From contig CAZZPR010000001.1 of assembly GCA_964655655.1 (NCBI GenBank), positions 2,633 to 66,632 on the forward strand: a DNA stretch of 64,000 bases. Reading direction: 5' to 3'. The position numbers and the translations under genes are program-made. Every line of letters begins with the position of its first letter. The stretch's first letter is position 1. Positions 1-6,216 of this stretch are shown here, in pieces. A model generated the notes under the pieces. It ran no database searches. It was not told the origin of the DNA and saw nothing but the letters and a program-made list of their open reading frames with translations. The stretch comes from an uncultured Desulfobacteraceae bacterium (GTDB lineage: Bacteria > Desulfobacterota > DSM-4660 > Desulfatiglandales > B25-G16).

Positions 1-224
1 TCGATGGTTTTGTTGGCTCTCCCTTGGTTCTTCAGCTTTGCAATATACCCTCGATATGTCCCCTGGTTGAGACTCTCAAAATCCCGGAAACCTTTCCTGG
101 CTGCGTGCCGCAGGAAATTTTTAAAATGGGCTTCACGAAGGCGCACGTATCCATTCGGATTTTTTTGATCTCTTCTCGGGACAATCCACTCCCGACGCCG
201 TTGAAACTCACTTAGTAAGGACAT
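1..224 (-). CDS. N-terminal 74 codons of an ORF that runs off the left edge; unknown function, possibly a SAM-like N-domain of a tyrosine recombinase
   Basis: Reverse-strand ATG at 224-222 opens a frame that stays open to position 1 (MSLLSEFQRRREWIVPRRDQKNPNGYVRLREAHFKNFLRHAARKGFRDFESLNQGTYRGYIAKLKNQGRANKTI...). It is absent from the ORF track because it has no stop in the window. The recombinase resemblance is weak pattern recognition only. Confidence 0.3.
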   Translation of the reverse strand, partial: MSLLSEFQRRREWIVPRRDQKNPNGYVRLREAHFKNFLRHAARKGFRDFESLNQGTYRGYIAKLKNQGRANKTI

Positions 225-277
225 AATTCGCCTGGTTTGAGTTTGCAGCTTATCTGGACGCACTTATCCAAGTGCGC

Positions 278-309
278 CCAAAAAAGCCGCAACCTGGTGA
301 GAGGTTGCG
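278..309 (-). terminator. Rho-independent terminator-like hairpin (minus strand)
   Basis: Stem cgcaacct (288-295) pairs with aggttgcg (302-309) around a 6-nt loop. On the minus strand it is followed by ggcttttttggg (complement of 276-287). Confidence 0.45.
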
Positions 310-370
310 TCTTGTCCTAATCATCCCGCAGGCGGAGGATTAAGACGGTTTAACATCCGTTAATCTGGTT

Positions 371-416
371 GTGCTGATTGCGCCTGCGCAAACAGCACAC
401 CCTATTTTTATATTTT
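371..416 (+). terminator. Terminator-like hairpin followed by a T-rich tract (plus strand)
   Basis: gtgctg-a-ttgcgc-ct-gcgcaa-a-cagcac (371-398) forms a 12-bp interrupted stem, followed by ccctatttttatatttt. Confidence 0.4.
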
Positions 417-1290
417 GATGCCGGATCCGGAGCCTCAGCCATAAAAGGAGGTCAAAGGTTGGTTGGGCAGTCTTGCGACCTGCACATAAGCCCGTGCGCA
501 TTGGTACTGAGGTTTTCGACAGAGCAAGGATGGTGTCTTATCGACCGGTGGTAAGGCATCTCGATTTTTTGCCTGGTACTTTGAAATCCACTACAAATGC
601 CAAAAAAGCAGTGAGTGGATTCCTACGTTTTTCCCAGTGATTTTTTTGTTCATAGCCATGGCTGGCGTGTCTCTGCGGCTTGAGTCTCTTTGTTTTTCAC
701 TTCGTTCAAAAAAAGAAACTCAAGCTGATTATGTGGTGTCCTTATTTTTTGTTAAGGACAGCCATTTTTATCGAGATTTTGTATTGGATTTGGCAATTAC
801 TTTTTTGCCTTGATGGTGGGCGGTCGAATCCAAAATAGATTCGATCGATTTTGTGGTGGATTTCTTCTCTTTCGAGTGCTGTCGTCACTCCGACAGCAAT
901 CCAGCCCGGGACAGGCGTAAAAAAGCCCCAATGCACAAGGCATCCGAGCTTGAGACATACCTCTCCTGCTGTTTTTTCGCCCCTTTCAGGGGCTTATTTT
1001 CTCGCAATGGTGCTTAGCCGTTGCTCCCCACGCCACGGGGTGGTTGATCCAGGCAGCGTTCAGCCCTGGAACTTGGTCCACTTTTTTGAAAGCGGAGTCT
1101 CCTGTTAAGGAGTAAGATGGTTTTATTGTACGGGTGGAAGAAAAAGATGTCAAGGGAAAAAAAGTTGAATATGATTTTTTTCGGGTTAAAGGGTGGGTGA
1201 GGGGAAGGGGACCGGTGGGATCACCAGGAGGTCTGGCTTCGTGTTTTTGCCGGATACGGTGGCAACTCTGCCGGACCAACGCTTCGCTCT

Positions 1291-1321
1291 ATCCCCCGGC
1301 CCTGGGGCCCGGGGGATTTTT
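1291..1321 (+). terminator. GC-rich hairpin plus T-run (plus strand)
   Basis: atcccccgg...ccgggggat forms a 9-bp stem (1291-1316), followed by ttttt (1317-1321). Confidence 0.4.
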
Positions 1322-1389
1322 GATGCCGGGCACGGAAGCGATCCAGTTAACGAGATGGGCATTTTGCCTATACCTACCCCTTGCCCAAA

Positions 1390-1614
1390 TCAAAATCGTT
1401 TATTCTCGGGCGATTTTGAGCTTCTGATACCCCTTATAATTTCCTTTTTTGCTCCACCAAATTTTTCGACGTTGGCATCATCCTCCGGGTCGGGGTCAGA
1501 GGTCCAATATGGGACCTGGTCAAGTGCATACGTAAGTTCTCTGTAAAAACACCCCGCCTCCTGGTAGCTGCCGTTGTACTCATCAAACTTAGCAATATCT
1601 TTGGTTTTGCCCAT
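1390..1614 (-). CDS. Hypothetical acidic 74-aa protein, downstream partner of the RHH gene
   Basis: ORF track entry. It lies 10 nt downstream of the RHH ORF on the same strand. No motif recognised. Confidence 0.4.
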   Translation of the reverse strand: MGKTKDIAKFDEYNGSYQEAGCFYRELTYALDQVPYWTSDPDPEDDANVEKFGGAKKEIIRGIRSSKSPENKRF

Positions 1615-1624
1615 TTTTCCCTCC

Positions 1625-1810
1625 TTATTGTCGTTGGTTAAGTGGTTGGTTTTGCTCCAAAAACTGCGTTATAGCCTCCTCAAAGAGCACAAATATAGGC
1701 ACGTTCTTTGCGGCGGCCATCATCCGGATCTGCCGCCATAACTCCGGGGCCATGGCGGTAGTTACCGGGGCTTTTTCCACATGTTTATGTCCTTTTTTGT
1801 TTCGGTTCAT
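1625..1810 (-). CDS. Ribbon-helix-helix (CopG/Arc-like) DNA-binding protein
   Basis: 61 aa. A basic N-terminus is followed by a beta-strand-like VTTAMAPELWRQIRMMAA and two helices (VPIFVLFEEAITQFLEQ), a typical RHH layout. Confidence 0.55.
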   Translation of the reverse strand: MNRNKKGHKHVEKAPVTTAMAPELWRQIRMMAAAKNVPIFVLFEEAITQFLEQNQPLNQRQ

Positions 1811-1846
1811 GATTTCCCTCCTTTTTAAATGCTTGTTTTTAACATA

Positions 1847-1893
1847 AAATCCTCATAAATTTCCAAGAAATCAATAATATTCAAACTACCTTC
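1847..1893. repeat. 47-bp segment 100% identical to 48864-48910 (inside the intact primase-helicase gene)
   Basis: aaatcctcataaatttccaagaaatcaataatattcaaactaccttc occurs at both sites in the same orientation. Here it is an insertion relative to the otherwise colinear but diverged alignment with 48380-48420. Confidence 0.9.
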
Positions 1894-1904
1894 ACATATT
1901 ATTA

Positions 1905-1975
1905 GTATTATTGGGGGGGGTTTAAGGGGGGGGGTATATAGGACCCTCCGAGAAAACCCGCTTTTTACTCCATTT
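1905..1975. other. Conserved origin-proximal block (G8-tttaa-G9, gtatataggaccc, aaacccgctttttactc) shared with 48408-48480
   Basis: Alignment by eye with the intact element: ttattgggggggg(t/-)tt(ta/ct)a(g)ggggggggtatataggaccc...aaaacccgctttttactc. Confidence 0.75.
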
Positions 1976-2027
1976 TTTAAAAAGTTGACACTCTTAATTG
2001 CTATAATTTTCAAGTGCTTAAGCTCTA

Positions 2028-2121
2028 AGTTGACATAGTTGACATAGTTGACATAAGTTGACATAAGTTGACATAAGTTGACATAAGTTGACAAAGTTGA
2101 CATAGTTGACATAGTTGACAT
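2028..2121. repeat. Iteron array: 10 tandem copies of AGTTGACAT(A), period 9-10 bp, plus a solitary copy at 1983-1991
   Basis: Read directly: aagttgacatagttgacatagttgacataagttgacataagttgacataagttgacataagttgacaaagttgacatagttgacatagttgacatg. It sits immediately 3' of the replicase fragment, the same position as the GTAAACA iterons of the intact element. Confidence 0.85.
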
Positions 2122-2125
2122 GAGT

Positions 2126-2283
2126 TTATTCTGTTCCCCACTCATCCGATTCGATTAATTTTGCCCCGGCTATGATCTTATATTTGATCCTTTTCCCCCT
2201 CGGGTTTTCCTTGGTTTTCCAGTTTTTCGCAGATACGATTTTTAACTCCCCACCTTCCAGGGCAAGCGCAAGCGGGAAGAGAA
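2126..2283 (-). pseudogene. C-terminal fragment (about 50 codons) of a primase-polymerase/helicase homologous to 48584-48740
   Basis: The reverse translation LALALEGGELKIVSAKNWKTKENPRGKRIKYKIIAGAKLIESDEWGTE* aligns with LALAMESGKLKIVSAKNWKTAENPRGKRINFKIIAGSKLIESDEWSMEE* of the intact gene. Homology ends near 2283 and no upstream coding part is present. Confidence 0.8.
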
Positions 2284-2415
2284 GAGCAGGGCAAATTTTC
2301 TTTGACTGGATTGCGTAAAATTGCCAATCAACCGCCAGAGGACAAAACCACCCAAACCCAAATACCTACTCAGCCAGGGCCAAAATAGGGATACCACTTA
2401 TCTATTTTTTCCATT

Positions 2416-2439
2416 AGGGGTTCGATACCCCTTAGATTG
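2416..2439 (+). other. tRNA-like T-arm/3'-end fragment (aggggttcgataccccttagattg), a possible vestigial att site
   Basis: GGGGTTCGATACCCC is a canonical T-stem/T-loop. There is no 5' half, D-arm or anticodon arm upstream. Its orientation and position mirror attR of the intact element. Confidence 0.3.
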
Positions 2440-2478
2440 TGCCCTCCTAAAATTTTTCATTTTCGGGCCAAAGGCTGG

Positions 2479-2522
2479 TTGTTTCCAACCCCCCCCCCTT
2501 TAGGGGGGGGGGTTGGAAACAA
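2479..2522. repeat. Perfect palindrome with 20-bp arms and a 4-nt centre, containing C10 and G10 runs
   Basis: ttgtttccaacccccccccc ttta ggggggggggttggaaacaa. An imperfect extension reaches about 2467-2537. Confidence 0.9.
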
Positions 2523-2560
2523 ACCGTAAGGCTTTGGATTTTTCCCTACAAAAAATCCAT

Positions 2561-2722
2561 AAAAAAGCAGTGATATCAACATATTAGTCATTGTCGGTTT
2601 TTTGTTAGTCATTGTTACTTCCTCAAGTTTCCAAAAAAGTTTCCAAGCCGTTTTGCAAAAAAGCAGTGATATCAACATATTAGTCATTGTCGGTTTCCAA
2701 GAGTTTCCAAAAAAGTTTCCTC
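2561..2722. repeat. Repeat-dense region upstream of the integrase gene
   Basis: A 40-bp perfect direct repeat, aaaaaagcagtgatatcaacatattagtcattgtcggttt, occurs at 2561-2600 and 2657-2696. TTAGTCATTGT occurs three times (2584, 2604, 2681). GTTTCCAA occurs at 2627, 2639, 2693 and 2703, and also at 2481 and inverted at 2513. Confidence 0.85.
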
Positions 2723-2794
2723 CTTTATCGTAGTCGGCTTTTAGGTGTTTTTTAAAAAAAAATATGTTAAAAAAATAACAAAACCAGGTGAAAA

Positions 2795-3877
2795 ATGGCG
2801 ATACGAAAAAGAGGGCGAGGCTATCAGATTGATTATTATGATCCGAGTGGGAAGCGGATCAGGAAAAATTTTAAGAAAAAAAAAGACGCAGAGAATGAGC
2901 TGGCCGCAAGGAGGTTGGCAAAGGAGGATGGAAACTATTATGAGAAAAAGAGGACTTACACAGTTATCCTCAAAGAATTGCTCGAAAAATACAAAGAAAA
3001 TTACTGCAATCAGCGGAGTTGGGAAACTTACAAAAAATATGGAATCGAAAGCATAGAGGAATACTTCGGGAGGGATAGATGCCTTTCAGAAATACGTTAT
3101 ATCGATATTGAAACATATCAAAATCATTTAAGGAAAAAATTGACAAAAAGTGGAACCATAAGGAAAGAGGCCAGCATAAACCGGGAAATGGCTATTCTGC
3201 GCCACATGCTCAATAAAGCGGTTGAGTGGGATATGATGGAGAAAAGCCCATTTGATAGAGGAAAGAGTTTGCAACTAAAGGAGAATAATAAAAGGTTACG
3301 CTTTCTTTCCCATGAGGAAATCGAAAAACTCTTGCCGGAGTGTCCAACCTATCTCCGGCGGATTGTTGTTTGTGCCCTCAGCACCGGCATGAGGCGGGGA
3401 GAGATTCTAAGCCTAAAATGGGAGCAGATTAGGAACGGATTTATCTATCTCCAAAGGACCAAAACCAACGAGGGACGGGAAATTCCTATCAATGACACCC
3501 TCGAAGCGCTATTCGAAGAAATCCGCCAGGAAAGACATCTGAGATCAGAATATGTTTTTACTTACCAGGACCGGCCCTTACATGAGCTAAAAAGGGCCTT
3601 TGGAGGCGCTCTCAGAAGGGCAGGAATCCAGGACTTTAGATTTCACGATTTGCGCCACACCTTTGCGTCGCACCTGGTTATGAACGGGGCCTCTATCAAG
3701 GACGTACAAGAACTCCTGGGCCATAAAGACACCAAAATGACAAACAGGTACGCTCACCTAAGCCCGGAGCACAAAACAAAAGCGGTCAGGCTCCTTAATG
3801 ACCTGACCGCCTCCGCCAAACAAAATGGTCACAAAATGGTCACAAAATCGGAAACTAAAAAATCAAAAGTAAGCTAA
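2795..3877 (+). CDS. Tyrosine recombinase / phage-type integrase
   Basis: 360 aa. Catalytic-domain motifs are present: GMRRGEILSLKW (Arg), HDLRHTFASHLV (H-x-x-R) and LGHKDTKMTNRYAHL (His...Tyr). The gene ends 15 nt from the 3' end of tRNA-Ala. The RBS aggtga precedes the ATG. Confidence 0.9.
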   Translation: MAIRKRGRGYQIDYYDPSGKRIRKNFKKKKDAENELAARRLAKEDGNYYEKKRTYTVILKELLEKYKENYCNQRSWETYKKYGIESIEEYFGRDRCLSEIRYIDIETYQNHLRKKLTKSGTIRKEASINREMAILRHMLNKAVEWDMMEKSPFDRGKSLQLKENNKRLRFLSHEEIEKLLPECPTYLRRIVVCALSTGMRRGEILSLKWEQIRNGFIYLQRTKTNEGREIPINDTLEALFEEIRQERHLRSEYVFTYQDRPLHELKRAFGGALRRAGIQDFRFHDLRHTFASHLVMNGASIKDVQELLGHKDTKMTNRYAHLSPEHKTKAVRLLNDLTASAKQNGHKMVTKSETKKSKVS

Positions 3878-3891
3878 GGTGTTGATTTTAT

Positions 3892-3967
3892 TGGTGGAGC
3901 TGAGGGGGCTCGAACCCCTGACCTCATGACTGCCAGTCATGCGCTCTCCCATCTGAGCTACAGCCCC
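3892..3967 (-). tRNA. tRNA-Ala (anticodon GGC), CCA encoded
   Basis: The reverse complement GGGGCTGTAGCTCAGATGGGAGAGCGCATGACTGGCAGTCATGAGGTCAGGGGTTCGAGCCCCCTCAGCTCCACCA folds as a cloverleaf. The anticodon loop is CTGGCAG, and the G3:U70 Ala identity pair is present. Confidence 0.95.
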
Positions 3968-4163
3968 TAATAGATTATACTATACCAAATATATTTAACA
4001 AACAGGCAACATGGTGTCAACAGGTTATTTATTTCAATAGCCTTTAAAACCCTGACTCCATGGATTGTTTGAGATAATCCCCGGAATGGTATCTTGCCCT
4101 GTTGCATCAAAAACCCATTATGGTTATTATCGGCCTGAAATGAATAAAAGAAAATAGGTTGCA

Positions 4164-5624
4164 ATGATGACGAGACACAGTACTGTTTCTAAACCAATTA
4201 AAACCAATAAAGTTCTTTTGGTAAACCCCAATCAGATGAGACCACCTGTAGCCCCCCTGGGAATTGACTACCTTCACGGCGCACTGGAGGACCAGGGCTT
4301 CGAGGTGGAGCTTCTGGACCTTGCCTTTTCGGAAGACATGGAGGCGGATATCGGTAGGGTGTCCGAAGGAAATTATATATTTACCGGAGTAACCCTGCGA
4401 AACGTGGATGACTCATACCTTGCCAGCCAGGATTTTTGCCTGGCAAAAAGCCGGGAGATCATACAGCGTATAAGGGAGCTGTCCGGTTCCCCAGTAGTAT
4501 TGGGAGGGGTAGGGTTTTCCATATTCCCATTGGAGGTAATGGAGTATTGCGGCGCGGATTTTGGCGTATACGGAGACGGAGAGTCCGCGCTTCCTCGTCT
4601 GGCTGGTGCGCTCAGGGACGGTAAAGATTTTACCTCCATTCCGGGCCTTGTATACATGGCCGGCGATAAATACAGGATGAACAATCCGGATTTCACAGAC
4701 CTTAGGAAGGGAATTTACCGAAGAAGGCTCGTTGACAACCGCCGGTACTTTCGAGAGGGCGCAATGGTAGGTTTTGAGACCAAGAGAGGTTGCGACAGGC
4801 CGTGCATTTATTGCGCGGACCCGGTCGCCAGGGGCAGGCGGGTAAGGATGAGAGACCCTGAGGACGTTGCCCGGGAGCTTCAGGACCTTCTGGACATGGG
4901 CATAACCCATTTCCATACAGGGGACAGCGAGTTTAATCTTTCGGAGTCCCATGCAATGGATGTATGCCGGGCAATAATAGGTCGCGGACTGGGGGAAAAA
5001 ATCCGGTGGTACGCCTATTGCCTGCCGGTTCCCTTTTCCGAAGAGCTAGCAGGCCTAATGAGACGGGCCGGGTGCTCGGGAATAGACTTTACCGTGGATT
5101 CGGGCAATGATGAACAGCTTCGACGTCTGGGGCACCGGCACACTTCAGAGGATGTAAGAAACCTCTCCCTGGTCTGCCGGAGAAATAATTTTTCGGTTAT
5201 GTTTGATCTATTGATAGGAGGGCCCGGAGAGAACAGGGCATCAACCAGGGAAACACTGGAATTGATGAAAAACTCCGGGGACATAATGGTGGGGATCAGC
5301 CTGGGAGTAAGGCTTTATCCCCGCACAAAGCTGGGTTCCCTCGTCATTAAGCAGGGACTCGATAAAGGAAACCCCCATCTCAGGGGAACGGTAAACGGAA
5401 ATAAAGGCCTTTTGAGGCCCATATTTTATCTGTCTGCGGATGCAGGACCCGATATAGGCAGATATATATCGGATATTATAGACGGGGACCAAAGATTCTT
5501 CTTTGCAGCCAGGGACCAGGTTCCCCAGAACTATAACTACAACGAGAATTCCCGGCTCATGGATGCAATCAAGCAGGGATACCGAGGGGCATTCTGGGAT
5601 ATTCTAACCCGGATTGTTCAGTAG
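4164..5624 (+). CDS. B12-binding-domain radical SAM protein
   Basis: 486 aa. The N-terminal VLLVNPNQ...PLGIDYL segment fits a cobalamin-binding-domain pattern. The CxxxCxxC cluster motif is KRGCDRPCIYCAD. Confidence 0.8.
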   Translation: MMTRHSTVSKPIKTNKVLLVNPNQMRPPVAPLGIDYLHGALEDQGFEVELLDLAFSEDMEADIGRVSEGNYIFTGVTLRNVDDSYLASQDFCLAKSREIIQRIRELSGSPVVLGGVGFSIFPLEVMEYCGADFGVYGDGESALPRLAGALRDGKDFTSIPGLVYMAGDKYRMNNPDFTDLRKGIYRRRLVDNRRYFREGAMVGFETKRGCDRPCIYCADPVARGRRVRMRDPEDVARELQDLLDMGITHFHTGDSEFNLSESHAMDVCRAIIGRGLGEKIRWYAYCLPVPFSEELAGLMRRAGCSGIDFTVDSGNDEQLRRLGHRHTSEDVRNLSLVCRRNNFSVMFDLLIGGPGENRASTRETLELMKNSGDIMVGISLGVRLYPRTKLGSLVIKQGLDKGNPHLRGTVNGNKGLLRPIFYLSADAGPDIGRYISDIIDGDQRFFFAARDQVPQNYNYNENSRLMDAIKQGYRGAFWDILTRIVQ

Positions 5625-5681
5625 CCGGCTGCTGCAAAATGCGGGCTTACCACGAGACCTTGCACAACTCATCTTCTTAAA

Positions 5682-5802
5682 TCCAGATTGTGCAGCAGCC
5701 AACTACCGCGGCCTGAAAAACCTTGCTGTAACGCTCTTTTCGCAATTCGCGTTTCGCTTGGGTTTTTCAACCCTCGCTACGATGTCTACCGCACAATCTG
5801 GG
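5682..5802. mobile_element. MITE-like palindromic repeat, short copy (121 bp), flanked by TTAAA on both sides
   Basis: The terminal inverted repeats are tccagattgtgc...gcacaatctggg. It is the reverse complement of 40627-40800 minus a 53-bp central segment. TTAAA lies at 5677-5681 and 5803-5807. Confidence 0.65.
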
Positions 5803-6216
5803 TTAAAAGAAATACCACCGTGTCCGGCATGCCCGAAATATTCGGGGTTTACTCATGGGAGTCTTTAGTCTTTAAAATTTTTTTAAATCCCGAATATGAG
5901 GGCACACGCTTTAAGGCCAGTAGATATTGCCTTGAGGAAATGGGCAGGTCTTTGGGGAGGAGGGGTGCCTATTAGCAATTAGGATTCTAAATAATAAACA
6001 GAAAAGCAGGAAAAGACCTTCGCCTCGTTCGGCCTGGAGGCTATAGACAGGCTCCGGCTTAGCCGAGCTAGTTGCGGGCCCCCGGTTTCTGCAAAAAACG
6101 CCAGTATCTTTTTTGAAAGACAAAAATTGTAATGTTTGCAAAGTCTCAACCCGGGAAGGATGAATTTTCCGGCTTTTTTGCCCGTGCTTTTTTCAGGCAA
6201 GGCTAAAATTTTATTT

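Larger units (their letters stand above)
1..2443. mobile_element. Decayed integrative-element remnant, a sibling of the tRNA-Phe element; left boundary lies outside the window
   Basis: It has the same order and orientation as the replication end of the intact element at 48380-51002: conserved G-tract block, iteron array, replicase C-terminal fragment, then a tRNA-like 3' fragment at 2416-2439. The replicase N-terminus and XRE gene are missing. Confidence 0.45.

Noticed and set aside
24-215. A 63-aa plus-strand ORF at the left edge.
   Set aside because: It is opposite a longer open minus-strand frame with a plausible start at 224, and it has no motif.
1-1100. An integron-like layout: a recombinase reading away from an array of imperfect palindromes (attC-like).
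   Set aside because: The partial N-terminus does not resemble IntI. The hairpins lack RYYYAAC/GTTRRRY core pairs, and there are no cassette ORFs between them.
272-1130. GTGCGCCCA at 272 resembles the 5' end of bacterial group II introns.
   Set aside because: I could find no domain V-like helix (no ...GAGC...GAAA...GGTTC-type hairpin), no reverse transcriptase ORF and no 3' AY boundary. A 9-nt match alone is not meaningful.
2028-2121. The tandem repeats here and at 48533-48579 might be a CRISPR array.
   Set aside because: The period is only 9-10 bp with no unique spacers, there are no cas genes, and the position next to a replicase gene fits iterons.
1825-2145. A 106-aa ORF with the repetitive peptide MSTMSTMSTLSTYVN...
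   Set aside because: It is an artefact of translating through the AGTTGACAT iteron array, the G-tract block and the 47-bp transplanted segment.
2457-2687. A 76-aa minus-strand ORF with an internal repeat (KPTMTNMLISLLF twice).
   Set aside because: It is produced by translating the 40-bp direct repeats and the G10 run (PPPKGGG). The region is better explained as a non-coding repeat region.
5614-5975. ORFs of 84 aa and 95 aa here, and a 66-aa ORF at 40594-40794, share peptides such as PEKPCCNALFAI.
   Set aside because: The shared peptides arise because the ORFs run through copies of the same MITE-like repeat. One copy carries a 53-bp indel, which would not preserve a reading frame.
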